A stretch of DNA of 64,000 nucleotides from an uncultured delta proteobacterium (GCA_963706575.1 CAVPNL010000006.1:320001-384000); one strand, 5' to 3'; counted from the stretch's first letter, positions 1 to 10,086 are shown. Notes: generated by a model from the sequence alone, not told the origin. Translations and numbers: made by a program.

Positions 1-738
1 TTTCAGGTCTTTTTCTACCAGGCCTACGATTTTATAGCCGCTTTCTTTGGCCAGCCATATGCGCTCAGAAAAAACAGCAGGGGCGCTGCCATTAAACGGC
101 AGGGACATGCCCAGCGCTTCAGACAGGTTATTCATGGTGTTGGCCGTAAACATCCCCGAACACGAACCGGCGCCGGGACAGGCGGCGCATTCGAATGTAT
201 CCAGTTCTTCGCGGGAGATTTTTCCGCTCTTGAAGCGGCCGACAGCCTCAAAAACCTTATCCAGTCCCGTATCTTTTCCATAAACTTTGCCCGGCAACAT
301 CGGACCTCCGGACAGAAAAATAGAGGGAATGTTGAGTCGGGCAGCCGCAATCAGCATCCCCGGAATAATTTTGTCACAGGATGCCAGCAGAACCAGGCCG
401 TCAAAGGGATGGGCAACTGCCATGGTTTCAACGGTATCGGCAATGAGCTCCCTGCTGGGGAGTGAATATTTCATGCCTTCATGGTTCATGGCGATTCCGT
501 CGCAGATGCCGATGGTATTGAAAACCAGCGGGGTGCCACCGGCAGCATAAACACCGGCTTTGACGGCATCGACCAGTTTGTCCAGATGCATGTGCCCCGG
601 TATGATTTCATTAAACGAATTGGCAATACCGATGATCGGACGGTTCAGCTCCCAGTCCGTGAAGCCATCTGCTCTTAACAGCGAGCGATGCGGTGCTCTT
701 TCAGGCCCCTTGGTCATTAAATCGCTTCGTTTCGTCAT
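1..738 (-). CDS. ilvD: Dihydroxy-acid dehydratase, N-terminal part (runs off the window's left edge)
   Basis: Manual translation from ATG at 738: [21 protein letters not shown]...PGHMHL...[23 protein letters not shown]...CDKIIPGM...[16 protein letters not shown], which are IlvD/Edd motifs. Not in the ORF track because it is truncated. Confidence 0.93.
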   Translation of the reverse strand, partial: MTKRSDLMTKGPERAPHRSLLRADGFTDWELNRPIIGIANSFNEIIPGHMHLDKLVDAVKAGVYAAGGTPLVFNTIGICDGIAMNHEGMKYSLPSRELIADTVETMAVAHPFDGLVLLASCDKIIPGMLIAAARLNIPSIFLSGGPMLPGKVYGKDTGLDKVFEAVGRFKSGKISREELDTFECAACPGAGSCSGMFTANTMNNLSEALGMSLPFNGSAPAVFSERIWLAKESGYKIVGLVEKDLK

Positions 739-755
739 TTTAATTCTTCCTTGTG

Positions 756-1154
756 TTAAGGTTCGGATAGTTCAATCGTTATCCCGTTTAAGGCGCTGGG
801 TTTGGTCAGGGCAATCTTTTTGCCGCGCAAGCCAATTCTTGGCTTTTGATCCAGCATTTCAATTCCGCGCTGCTTAAGGGCTTTAACATCGTCTTCGATA
901 TTGTCCGTCAGCAGGCAGAAATGATGAATGGCGTCTCCTTTTTCTTTGATAAACCGGGCCATCATTCCATCTTCACTTGAATCCTGGATAAACTCCAGGC
1001 TAATTCCGCCCAATTCGACAACAGCGCATTTTATCTTGTTTTCCGGAAACTCTTTCATGGCAGGAGATTGAAAATCTACAATTTTAGATAATGCTTTCAA
1101 ACTTACATCGATATCTTTTACGGCAATTCCGAGATGGCCGACCGCTTTTATCAT
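756..1154 (-). CDS. VOC-family protein, methylmalonyl-CoA epimerase-like
   Basis: HLGIAV, EFIQ, IHHFC and terminal IEL give the His/Glu metal-ligand pattern of VOC/MCE proteins. Confidence 0.8.
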   Translation of the reverse strand: MIKAVGHLGIAVKDIDVSLKALSKIVDFQSPAMKEFPENKIKCAVVELGGISLEFIQDSSEDGMMARFIKEKGDAIHHFCLLTDNIEDDVKALKQRGIEMLDQKPRIGLRGKKIALTKPSALNGITIELSEP

Positions 1155-1175
1155 GTCAATTCTCCTTTAGACGGC

Positions 1176-2138
1176 TTATTTTTCACCAACAGGCTTCAGC
1201 AGTTTTTCCACAAATACCGGCACGGGGATAAGCTTCTGGGACAGCATGATTTCTTCGGTTTGTCTCCAGGCGGCCGGATCAATTTTCCCGAATTCAAAAT
1301 CCGGTGTCGGCATCATCAGGATGCGGGTTGCCGGCAGTTGCTGGCGTACAATTTCCTCGGGCGTTTCTTTGTTGTATTTTAAAACGGTATCAATCGCTTT
1401 TTGTTCATTAGCGGGCTTCAGGACTTCCCGCCAGCCTTGCAGCAGTGCCCGGGTGAAATTTTTAACCGTTTCGGGGCGTTCCTCAAGCATTTTGCGGGTG
1501 GTGACCACCGAGTTGGCAACAAAGCGGATGCCCATTTTGCTGGGATCCATCAGGTCAAAGCGTTCTCCGGCTTTTTGCAGCTTGGCACCGATAATAGGGG
1601 CCTGGGCATTGCGATAAAGGGGCCAGAGATCGACTTTACCCTGGTAAAAAGGGGTATAATCGTAGCGCACACTGAAAAGATTCACCTCGCTTTCTCGGAT
1701 ATCATATTTTGCCAGCAGCGCACGCATGATGGTCTCATCATTCCCTCCGTGGGTGATGCCGATGGTTTTGCCTTTCAGGTCCTGCGGTGTTTTGAGCGGT
1801 GTTTTATCCGGTCGATAAATCCAGTGCAGGGGATTGATCTGAAAAAGCTGGGCGATGACAACAATCGGAGCTCCCTTGGAAACCGCTCGAATCACCTGAT
1901 CGGCGGATGCCACCCCAAACTGAGCGTGGCCTAATTCCAGTTCTTTGATGGCATCTTTTTCAGGGCCGCCCGGTTTGACGGTTACCTTAAGGCCATTTTT
2001 AGCAAATAACCCGCTGTCATGGGCATAAAGATCCCCGACCACACTAATATTAAAAAGCCACTTGAGGCGGTAGCTCACTTCTTCCAGAGGTTTTTCGTCA
2101 TCCCGGGCACACCCCGCCAGAACTAGGGTAAGAATCAT
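1176..2138 (-). CDS. ABC transporter substrate-binding lipoprotein, NMT1/THI5/SsuA type
   Basis: Lipobox LAGC; RLKW, GLFAKNGL, PQDLKGKTIG and F.RALLQGW motifs. The start may lie further upstream. Confidence 0.85.
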   Translation of the reverse strand: MILTLVLAGCARDDEKPLEEVSYRLKWLFNISVVGDLYAHDSGLFAKNGLKVTVKPGGPEKDAIKELELGHAQFGVASADQVIRAVSKGAPIVVIAQLFQINPLHWIYRPDKTPLKTPQDLKGKTIGITHGGNDETIMRALLAKYDIRESEVNLFSVRYDYTPFYQGKVDLWPLYRNAQAPIIGAKLQKAGERFDLMDPSKMGIRFVANSVVTTRKMLEERPETVKNFTRALLQGWREVLKPANEQKAIDTVLKYNKETPEEIVRQQLPATRILMMPTPDFEFGKIDPAAWRQTEEIMLSQKLIPVPVFVEKLLKPVGEK

Positions 2139-2266
2139 CGCGATCCCAGCAAACCGATTTTTTGAAGAAGTTTTCGCTGCATGAATTACCCCCTTAGGTT
2201 GTTCCAGCCAAAACCAAATCCTACGCTACTTTTTTCATTCCGGCATGGCTGGCGGAATAAAAGTTC

Positions 2267-2387
2267 AAGTGACTAAAGTGAACTAAAGTTGGGAGTGCCT
2301 AAAGTTTGGAAGCGCCTCTGCGCCATCAATTTTAAAATTGACAGAATACCAAACTTTAGCACTCAACTTTAGTCACTTTAGTCACTT
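2267..2387. repeat. Family A palindromic element, copy 1 (arms of CTAAAGTG-type 9-10 bp units)
   Basis: Left arm AAGTGACTAAAGTGAACTAAAGTTGGGAGTGCCTAAAGTTTGG is inverted in CCAAACTTTAGCACTCAACTTTAGTCACTTTAGTCACTT. Homologous to copies at 6130, 7672 and 62582. Confidence 0.9.
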
Positions 2388-2430
2388 TTAGCCAGGCCCG
2401 TTGTATCCGAGCCGGGTTTAATCATAGGCG

Positions 2431-3120
2431 TTAAATACTGCCGAATCGTTTCTTAATAAACCATCCGATCCATTCAAGAAAAACCAGGTATATAGACGTG
2501 CATATACCGATTAAAAAAAGCGCCACCAGTATTTTCGCCAGATCACTTTGATAAAGGGCGATACGAATACTGTATCCGATACCGGCATTGGCTGCAATAA
2601 ATTCTGCCACAATCGTGCCCACCATGGCCAGAGTGGCGCTTCCGACAATAACCGTAATCAGTTTGTGGATATTTTCAAATGCCCGGATTTTGACCTGCAG
2701 ACGCCAGTTCATCCTGAGGGTGGATTCAAAGAAGTGCTCGATTTCCTTGACAGGCTCGGACAATATGCCGATGAAAGAGAGCAGTAAAGGAAAATAGCAG
2801 ATCATCGCCGCAATGAGCAGCCGTGAGGAAAGTCCGTCCCCCAGCAATATAAATATGATCGGTGCCACGGCCACAATCGGGTAGGCTTGAATATTATAAG
2901 CTGCCACCCGGATAAACGAACCGATCCAGATGGTCAGTCGGCCGATAATTCCCACTACAGTTGCCATACAGATGGACAACAGATGGCCCAGGATCGCCAC
3001 ACACAGGGTATTGAGCACTGCCAGCAGGTATAATCCGAAATAGCGACGACAGGTGGTCCAGATTTCTGTAACACCGGGTATGGTGTAATCAGACAGGTTG
3101 AGGCTATATTTCACCAGCAT
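2431..3120 (-). CDS. ABC transporter permease (NitT/TauT type); natural start probably at 3181, separated by a +1 frameshift
   Basis: Hydrophobic protein with QAYPIVAVAP and IVAEFIAANAGIGY permease motifs; flanked by the ATPase and SBP genes. Confidence 0.85.
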   Translation of the reverse strand: MLVKYSLNLSDYTIPGVTEIWTTCRRYFGLYLLAVLNTLCVAILGHLLSICMATVVGIIGRLTIWIGSFIRVAAYNIQAYPIVAVAPIIFILLGDGLSSRLLIAAMICYFPLLLSFIGILSEPVKEIEHFFESTLRMNWRLQVKIRAFENIHKLITVIVGSATLAMVGTIVAEFIAANAGIGYSIRIALYQSDLAKILVALFLIGICTSIYLVFLEWIGWFIKKRFGSI

Positions 3121-3170
3121 CAGGGCGCCTAAGGCCGATGAAATAGATTATCAAAAATTGATAAACACGC

Positions 3171-3863
3171 CTATGAAGCATTGACGATTTCCAGCATACT
3201 TTGTTCAAGATCCTTTTCTTTCAATACCCGCTGGTCATTAAAATTCTGACCTTGAAGCGACACGGCCTGCGGGGCCTTATAGAGGCTGCGCAACACAAGG
3301 ATCTGTTTGCAAAATTTTGAAACCTCAACCACATTATGGGAGATATACAGGAAACAGCGTTCGGGAAACAGGGATTTGATTTTTAAAATTATTTTTTCTT
3401 TAGTGATTTCATCTACGTTGGCCAGGCTTTCATCCATAATCAGTAAATCAAAGTCCTGTAGCAGGTAGCGGGCTAAATTGGTCCGGTTCTGCTGACCCAG
3501 GGAGAGTTGGGCGAAGCGTGAGTCCAAACAGGGCTGAAGCCCAAATGAATCCACCAGATCTTCCAGACGCTTTAAGTTCGATTGGGGCGTGATCGATTCC
3601 AGGTGCTCACGAATACAGCACCAACCCGGAAGTCTTTCGAGATTATAGGTGTAGAGGACCTGATGGATGTGATGCAGATTAATTTCACCGGCAAAGCCTC
3701 TGATATCGCCGGCAATCATTTTTGCCAGGGTCGTCTTGCCGACCCCCGAAGGTCCGAAGAGGGCGTGGAAGCCCGGTTCGGTCACCTGACAGTTCAGCTG
3801 TCGGAATACATCGCCGACGGATCCTGGATACTTGTAATTTAATTCCTTTAGTTCGAGTCGCAT
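3171..3863 (-). CDS. ABC transporter ATP-binding protein
   Basis: Walker A GPSGVGKTT, signature LSLGQQ, Walker B LLIMDE, H-loop ISHN. Confidence 0.9.
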   Translation of the reverse strand: MRLELKELNYKYPGSVGDVFRQLNCQVTEPGFHALFGPSGVGKTTLAKMIAGDIRGFAGEINLHHIHQVLYTYNLERLPGWCCIREHLESITPQSNLKRLEDLVDSFGLQPCLDSRFAQLSLGQQNRTNLARYLLQDFDLLIMDESLANVDEITKEKIILKIKSLFPERCFLYISHNVVEVSKFCKQILVLRSLYKAPQAVSLQGQNFNDQRVLKEKDLEQSMLEIVNAS

Positions 3864-3990
3864 CTGTTTTCGTCAAATCGGATCTGCTTCGTTTTACAGG
3901 CGTTTAGCCAGATCCTTTTGGGTTTTCTGAAATTTATTCGCCATCGCCGCTGATTTCCCGGTTGTGATTGCATTGAGGGGGCGGGGAAAT

Positions 3991-5178
3991 TCATATTTGA
4001 ATTAAAGTCTGTTCGGTTCGGGTCAGTCTTTTTAAACCATTTGATGTTACCAGGTAGTCATCTTCCAGCCCCACTACCCCTTTTTGCGGAAAGACAAATT
4101 TAGGCTCCAGCGCCAAAACCATGTCTTTTTCTAAAACGGCATCAAAATGCGGTGAAATGACGGGATACTCATCGATTTCCAGGCCAATTCCATGGCCGAT
4201 GAATTTAACCTGCCCCTCGCCGTATCCCATAAAAAAATCCCCCAGGCCTTCTTCGTTGGCCTTTGCCACCGCCGCAGCATATAGCTCGGCGCATGAAACT
4301 CCCGCATGGGCTTTATCAGTTAAAAGGGAAAGAATATCCCGGGCGCAGGCGTACGCCTTTTTCAAAGGGTCAGAAAGATCGCCGATGACATAGGTTCTAA
4401 ATTGATCGCCGACATAACCATTAATCGCCACGCCGTAGTCAATACCGATGGGTTCATTTTTCTTTATCCTGCGAAAACCGGCACCCTGGGCCATGGCCGG
4501 CGTGTTGCCGGTGCCGCCTTGGGGACTGTTTAACAGTGAGACAGCAGAACCGCTGTCACCGGACAGCACATGCGCGTAGGTCATTTCCTGGTTCCAGCCT
4601 CGCATTCGCAAGGTGCCCATATGCCCTTCGCGGCGGGCGATCATGGCCAGATGGCCGTCGATTTCCAGTTCGGTTATCCCTTCGCGAATTACGCTTTTGA
4701 TTTGGGTTAATCCGGTGTGCAAAATAGCAGTGGCTTTTTCAATCTGTTCAATTTCATATTCCGACTTCAGCATGCGCAGTTTGCGGATGATGCCGGATAC
4801 ATCTGTCCAGCGGCATTGCGAAAGGGTTCGCTGAAACCAGAGGTAAAGATTGGCCGGCAGGACATCCATTTCGAGTCCGGCCGTCGCTATTTGATCAAAT
4901 TTAAAATCATTGAGAACCTGAGGAATTCGATTTTTGTTTTTAACCGCAATAACCTGGTTTAACGAAGATTCAAGCTGTGCGCGTTCGTGGTTCTTTTGCA
5001 CCATCAGGATGGGATCGCCATTGGCAGGCACGAACAAGACGGCGGTTTGAATGGTACCGGTAAAGTAGAATAGATCTGCGTTCTGCAGAATAAAGGCGCC
5101 ATCCAGTTTGGCGACAGCCAGCTCGGCCTGGAACCTGCTGATGCGCTTATCGATTTCCTCTTTTGGTACGGTTTCCAT
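3991..5178 (-). CDS. Xaa-Pro peptidase family (M24) protein
   Basis: Creatinase-like N-domain; GIDYG...GYVGD.FRT, GHGIGLEIDE, LEP, GLEDD. Confidence 0.9.
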   Translation of the reverse strand: METVPKEEIDKRISRFQAELAVAKLDGAFILQNADLFYFTGTIQTAVLFVPANGDPILMVQKNHERAQLESSLNQVIAVKNKNRIPQVLNDFKFDQIATAGLEMDVLPANLYLWFQRTLSQCRWTDVSGIIRKLRMLKSEYEIEQIEKATAILHTGLTQIKSVIREGITELEIDGHLAMIARREGHMGTLRMRGWNQEMTYAHVLSGDSGSAVSLLNSPQGGTGNTPAMAQGAGFRRIKKNEPIGIDYGVAINGYVGDQFRTYVIGDLSDPLKKAYACARDILSLLTDKAHAGVSCAELYAAAVAKANEEGLGDFFMGYGEGQVKFIGHGIGLEIDEYPVISPHFDAVLEKDMVLALEPKFVFPQKGVVGLEDDYLVTSNGLKRLTRTEQTLIQI

Positions 5179-5208
5179 TCTTTACACTGCCAGTAATTTC
5201 AAACCATT

Positions 5209-6042
5209 CTATTTCTTCTTTAAATAAAAATACAGGCCAATTCCACCGGCGATCATGATCGCACAAAGTATCTGTCCCATGGAAAATGAGGATAAAACAA
5301 AACCCAGATGCGCATCGGGCTCCCGGAAGTATTCGATGAAAAACCGGACCGTTCCGTAGCCGATAATATATAAAGCCAGCATGGCGCCTTGCGGCACACT
5401 CTTTTTGCGGATACACCATAGAATGACAAAAAGAAAAACCCCCTCGAAGACGGCCTCATAGAGCTGGGATGGATGCCGCAGCGCTTTTTCTGGTGCCTGT
5501 GGAAAATACATACCGATCGGTGAGGTGGTTGCTCGGCCGAATAATTCTCCGTTTATAAAATTTCCGATCCGCCCGAAGGTATAGCCCAGCGGCACCACCG
5601 GCACATATAAATCCATCACTTCCCAGTAGTTAATTTTGGCTTTGCGGACATACCAGGAGACGGCCAGTAATATCCCGATAAGGCCACCATGGTATGACAT
5701 GCCCGAGATGCCGGTAAAGGTAAAGCCGTTTGAAAACGAAAAGGGGAGAAAAATTTCGAGCGGATGGCGCAGGTAATAGGATAAATTGTAGAACAATACA
5801 TAGCCGAGCCGTGCGCCGATAATAAGGCCCACAATGGCATAGGTGGTTAAATCATTAATCTGATTTTTCGAGAACCCAAACCGCTTTTCGTGTTTGATGC
5901 GATAGAGCACCAGAAAATAGGTGAAGGCAAAAGCGACGATATACATCAGCCCGTAATACTGTAGCCTGAACCAGCCGATTTCAAATATAACCGGGCTAAT
6001 GTGTTGCGGTATATGCTGCCACCAGTCCCAGAACGCACTCAT
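5209..6042 (-). CDS. lgt: Prolipoprotein diacylglyceryl transferase
   Basis: YYGLMY, GARLGYV, GMSYHGG, GRIGNFINGELFGR, RHPSQLYE, RFFIEYFREPD. ATG at 6042 follows a GGAGG RBS. Confidence 0.96.
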   Translation of the reverse strand: MSAFWDWWQHIPQHISPVIFEIGWFRLQYYGLMYIVAFAFTYFLVLYRIKHEKRFGFSKNQINDLTTYAIVGLIIGARLGYVLFYNLSYYLRHPLEIFLPFSFSNGFTFTGISGMSYHGGLIGILLAVSWYVRKAKINYWEVMDLYVPVVPLGYTFGRIGNFINGELFGRATTSPIGMYFPQAPEKALRHPSQLYEAVFEGVFLFVILWCIRKKSVPQGAMLALYIIGYGTVRFFIEYFREPDAHLGFVLSSFSMGQILCAIMIAGGIGLYFYLKKK

Positions 6043-6129
6043 AAAAACTTTCCTCCCACTCCTTTCAATAAGGTCGGTCAATCATAGGGTATTCTGTTTT
6101 TTATGTCAAAGAGAGGTAGTGTCTCCACC

Positions 6130-6289
6130 AAATGAGCTAAAATTTAAAATGATCTAAAATGCCTAAAATTATAGTTTCGCTCGCACAGCGCAAACGCTTG
6201 CTCCTCGTGGCGCTTCATCTTTTATCATAAAAATGATAGAATACCTAAACTTTAGGCATTTTAGCTCATTTTAGTCATTTTAGGCACTT
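6130..6289. repeat. Family A palindromic element, copy 2 (CTAAAATG variant, longer core)
   Basis: AAATGAGCTAAAAT...GCCTAAAATT paired with AACTTTAGGCATTTTAGCTCATTTTAGTCATTTTAGGCACTT; core GCGCTTCATC...AAAAATGATAGAAT shared with the other copies. Confidence 0.85.
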
Positions 6290-6465
6290 CTGATTTTAGG
6301 GCCCTCGGGATCTGTCTTAGAAGATGAACTACTAATTATGAGACAGCGTGCAGATGGCAGCCGTTAATTTTTAGTTGATATATTTTGCCAGTATGGAATA
6401 CTAGTGTTGTGTCCCAGAAATATTGTCTAAATATTATTAAGAAGTACCGAGGCGTGTTACCCATC

Positions 6466-6527
6466 TGTCATTCCCGCGCAGAGCCTGCCCCCGTCTAGAT
6501 GGGGGCAGGCTCTGCGCGGGAGTGACA
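6466..6527. repeat. 62-bp near-perfect palindrome with GTCATTCCCGCG ends
   Basis: TGTCATTCCCGCGCAGAGCCTGCCCCCGTCT/AGATGGGGGCAGGCTCTGCGCGGGAGTGACA, two mismatches. Confidence 0.9.
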
Positions 6528-6643
6528 ATCATTTTGTAACTTATTTTTAGATTTGTGGCCGGCGGCGCTTGCTGGCGGACGTCCTATCCTTTTTCATTCC
6601 TTCCAAAAAAGTCACTGCAACCGGTATGGCGGGATAAGCTTTA

Positions 6644-7666
6644 ATGACCTCATTTGAAAATGCCTCACATTTATTCGATGCATCTGTTGAACGCGTTGCT
6701 GAGGCCACCGTGCGCATCAGCTGGAAAACCCACTTCAAAGACCTTCAGGTTTCAATTTACCATGGCAACTCACCTGAAGCCATGCAGCGCAGCGCGCCCT
6801 TATACCGGATTAAAGGCGAAACCGCTGTCGAAATTTCCGGCCTGAATTCGAATATGCCACACTACTTCGAAATCGCACCGGATAAGGGTAGCGCCAGGGT
6901 TATCAGTGAGCGACGCGTGCCGCTGCAGGGCGCCGTAAATTTCAGAGACCTTGGCGGCTATGCAACCACCACAGGGCAACGCCTAAGGTGGGGCAAGGTT
7001 TTCCGCTCGGATCATCTGTCCAACCTGACGGAGCGCGACATTGATTTTCTGCAGCGCATGAAACTTCATTGTGTTTGCGATTTTCGGACATCGACTGAAG
7101 CCCAACGCAGGCCTGATCGATTTCCGGGAGATGGGCCCGGTGAGCACCTTCACCTGCCGATCGACAATCTAAAATTTGATCCCACCGATTTATTCCAAAA
7201 GCTTAAAAGAGGGGATACGAGCTGGTTGACCAAAGAATTTTTAATTGAGGGTTATATTTTAAATATCGAAGAATTCGCCCCTGTCTGGGGCGAGGTGTTC
7301 AAACGTCTGGCGGACCCCGGTCATCTGCCGCTGGTTTTTCACTGCACCGGCGGCAAGGACAGGGCCGGCACCTGTGCAGCGCTGATTTTGCTTGCTTTGG
7401 GGGTTTCGGAAAAGACGGTCATCTACGACCATGGCCTTTCCAATATTTTTATTCGCGATATGGTCGATGGGATCTATGCGAAATTTGATGCCGCCGGCAT
7501 TGATCGGGAAAAAATCTCACCCTATTTCTCAGCGCCGCGGTACTGTATAGAGGCCCTGCTGGCGCATCTGCGCGAAAAATATGGTTCCCCCGTCGCGTAC
7601 CTCAAATCAAAAGCGGGCGTGACGGAAAAGATGCTGGGACGGATCAGAGAAGAATTGTTGGAATAG
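6644..7666 (+). CDS. Tyrosine-protein phosphatase (PtpB/IphP-like) with N-terminal extension
   Basis: GAVNFRDLGGY, VFRSD, CDFR and P-loop HCTGGKDRAG (CX5R). Confidence 0.92.
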   Translation: MTSFENASHLFDASVERVAEATVRISWKTHFKDLQVSIYHGNSPEAMQRSAPLYRIKGETAVEISGLNSNMPHYFEIAPDKGSARVISERRVPLQGAVNFRDLGGYATTTGQRLRWGKVFRSDHLSNLTERDIDFLQRMKLHCVCDFRTSTEAQRRPDRFPGDGPGEHLHLPIDNLKFDPTDLFQKLKRGDTSWLTKEFLIEGYILNIEEFAPVWGEVFKRLADPGHLPLVFHCTGGKDRAGTCAALILLALGVSEKTVIYDHGLSNIFIRDMVDGIYAKFDAAGIDREKISPYFSAPRYCIEALLAHLREKYGSPVAYLKSKAGVTEKMLGRIREELLE

Positions 7667-7671
7667 AAGCC

Positions 7672-7801
7672 AAAGTGACTAAAGTGAACTAAAGTTGGAA
7701 GTGCCTAAAGTTTCGGTGTCGCGCTGCTCCATCTTTATAAAAATGACAGAATGCTTTAACTTTAGGCATTTTAGATCACTTTAGTCACTTTAGCTCACTT
7801 T
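7672..7801. repeat. Family A palindromic element, copy 3
   Basis: AAAGTGACTAAAGTGAACTAAAGTTGGAAGTGCCTAAAGTT...AACTTTAGGCATTTTAGATCACTTTAGTCACTTTAGCTCACTTT; starts 6 nt after the phosphatase stop. Confidence 0.9.
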
Positions 7802-7923
7802 CATTAATTGACATTGTTAGAAATTTACTTTATTATTGATTTTATTATGTAAAACAGACGATTGGCATACCTGAGCGGCATTCCAATTTGGCGGTCTAAT
7901 ACAATGACTAAAGGATCTCGGTA

Positions 7924-8328
7924 ATGGAATCTTCCGATAACCATTCAAAAGAGCCGAACATTTCTGTTGTAACCGCCCGATTGTTTGAAATCATTTTAGA
8001 TATGCCCTTCAAAAGCCGCCGCATCCTATTAAAAGATCTCGAAGCAAAGCATTCACAGGGAAGAAGAAGATTCGCCCGCAAGCCCTATTTTTCGCCGGTG
8101 GATTTTGCAACTCCGGATCGTGCCTTCAGCGGTTTTATTCAAAATATCAGTTCAGGCGGTTTATTGATTGAAACCCGTGAAACTCTTCCCGTCGGCCAAC
8201 AGGTCACCTTATCATTCATGCGACCAAAATCCAGAGATTATGTCAAGGTGGGCGGTGAAGTTGTCCGAAAGATACCCGACGGTTTCGGCGTTAAATTTCA
8301 TGCGCAAGTTGAAGGTATTTCTACCTAA
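7924..8328 (+). CDS. PilZ domain protein
   Basis: RRRFAR (RxxxR) and NISSGG ([D/N]xSxxG) c-di-GMP-binding motifs; GEVVR...GFGVKF. Confidence 0.88.
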   Translation: MESSDNHSKEPNISVVTARLFEIILDMPFKSRRILLKDLEAKHSQGRRRFARKPYFSPVDFATPDRAFSGFIQNISSGGLLIETRETLPVGQQVTLSFMRPKSRDYVKVGGEVVRKIPDGFGVKFHAQVEGIST

Positions 8329-8342
8329 ATTGAGCGTTTCAA

Positions 8343-8732
8343 ATGAAAAAGAGAATACTGGTTGTTGATGACGAGGATTTTCAGAGAGACCTTTTAAACA
8401 AGCTTCTTTCCAAAGCTGGTTATGAGGTGGCTGAGGCCGAATCTCCGGAAGTGGCACTTGCCATGATGAAAAAGGAGGACTTTCCGGTGATTATTACGGA
8501 TCTGATTATGCTCGATATGGACGGCGTTGAGTTCTGCCAGCGAATTAGAGAAAGAAACTCACAATCGGTCATCATTGCACTAACCGGGTATGCGGATCTT
8601 TACGATCTGGAGAAGCTAAAACAGGTGGGATTTGATAATTACCTGACCAAGCCGATAAAACTGAATAAAATACAACCGGTGGTTGAGGCGGGGTTTGAAA
8701 AACTAAAGCAAAGAAAGAAATCCCGTCGTTAA
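8343..8732 (+). CDS. Single-domain response regulator
   Basis: ILVVDD, ITDLIM...DG, ALTG, YLTKP. Confidence 0.92.
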   Translation: MKKRILVVDDEDFQRDLLNKLLSKAGYEVAEAESPEVALAMMKKEDFPVIITDLIMLDMDGVEFCQRIRERNSQSVIIALTGYADLYDLEKLKQVGFDNYLTKPIKLNKIQPVVEAGFEKLKQRKKSRR

Positions 8733-9808
8733 TCGTTAATCTCATTAGCAAACGGCCCACTGACGACTTTGTCCCTCCCCGAGTTCTTTGCCTGGTAAAG
8801 ATATTGATCCGCCATTTCGATCAGGTCATCCGGCGAAAAATCCTCGCCGGGCATGTGCTTATCGAAGCCGGTTACCCCGAAGCTGGCGGTGATCGTTATT
8901 TTCTCCCCTTCCCATTTAAATACTTTTTTAGAAATTTGTCTGCGAAGCCTTTCTGCCAGACCGCCGGCATTTTTAAAAGTGGTTTCGGGCAGGACCAGCA
9001 AAAATTCTTCGCCGCCATAACGTGCCAGCCAGTCCATGTCGGAGCGGATCAGAGACATGAGGCGTCTTACAAATTCTTTGAGGACCATATCACCGCATAG
9101 ATGCCCGAAGTTGTCATTGACCCGTTTGAAATGATCGATGTCACATAAAGCCACCGAGAAGGGATGATGATACCTGAAAGCACGCTTAATTTCGTGTTGA
9201 AGGTGTTCATTGAGATAGCCGCGATTGTAACAGCCGGTCAGTGAATCTTTTCTGGATAAAAGCCTGATTTCGCCGTTGGCTTTTTCCAGTGATTTATGCT
9301 TCTTTTTTAAGCGATCATACAGCAGCGTATTTTCCAGCACCAGCGAATACTGTTTGGCCAGCATGGTCAAAAGCTTCATGTTTTCATGGGTCATAGAGCT
9401 TTCTTTAATAGGCGTCTTGACCATGACCGCACCCAGGGTTCTTTTAATCGTGGAAAGCGGCAACATGACGATTGATTTTTCGTTTTCAAAGGCCAGGGCA
9501 GGAATTAAGGCCGGTTGTCTTCTGTTGATTATCCAGGAAAAGATACCGCATTCGATTTGATATTCGATTTCCTTTTTGCAGATGGCTTTTTTATCATCGG
9601 GGTAGACATACTCTAAAACAAATTCATGAGAATCGTCATCAACGACAAAAAGGGCGCAAACTTCAATTTCGATTAAATTTCGGACATCATCTAAAAAGAC
9701 CTCCCATATCTGCCCAATGGATGTCGGGAAATCGATGCGGTCCTGAAATTGTCCCAGATGCTCTATTTTATCAATGAGTTCCAAAAGTGCCGTTTTTTGT
9801 TCGGTCAT
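8729..9808 (-). CDS. GAF-like + GGDEF diguanylate cyclase
   Basis: DSLTGCYNR, DIDHFKRVNDNFGH, ARYGGEEF, TASFGV, ADQYLYQAK. Confidence 0.92.
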   Translation of the reverse strand: MTEQKTALLELIDKIEHLGQFQDRIDFPTSIGQIWEVFLDDVRNLIEIEVCALFVVDDDSHEFVLEYVYPDDKKAICKKEIEYQIECGIFSWIINRRQPALIPALAFENEKSIVMLPLSTIKRTLGAVMVKTPIKESSMTHENMKLLTMLAKQYSLVLENTLLYDRLKKKHKSLEKANGEIRLLSRKDSLTGCYNRGYLNEHLQHEIKRAFRYHHPFSVALCDIDHFKRVNDNFGHLCGDMVLKEFVRRLMSLIRSDMDWLARYGGEEFLLVLPETTFKNAGGLAERLRRQISKKVFKWEGEKITITASFGVTGFDKHMPGEDFSPDDLIEMADQYLYQAKNSGRDKVVSGPFANEIND

Positions 9809-9980
9809 TGCGATATTCTCCTAACTGTTGAATATCTTACCAGAAATAATTTTTATAGCAAGCCTTACACACCAGATTGAAAATCGGTTCACAGTCCATT
9901 CCGTTGTAATTTTACACTGGATTTTTTTGGGCGTTCATTATAGCTTTCGAATCAAATTTCCGTTTTTCTCATTTTAGTCT

Positions 9981-10086
9981 ATTTACCACAGAGGCCACAG
10001 AGAGCACAGAGATTGAATATGGCGGGAACAGAGGATTGATTTTTTTTATGGTTATCTCTGTGTGCTCTGAGTGCTCTGTGGTGAAT
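9981..10086. repeat. Inverted tandem-repeat element, CACAGAG-NN (9-bp) unit
   Basis: ACCACAGAGGCCACAGAGAGCACAGAGAT ... ATCTCTGTGTGCTCTGAGTGCTCTGTGGT. Confidence 0.88.

Noticed and set aside
7863..7876. Possible sigma-54 promoter TGGCATACCTGAGC upstream of the PilZ gene
   Set aside because: GG-to-GC spacing is 9 rather than 10 nt, and there is no TTGC.
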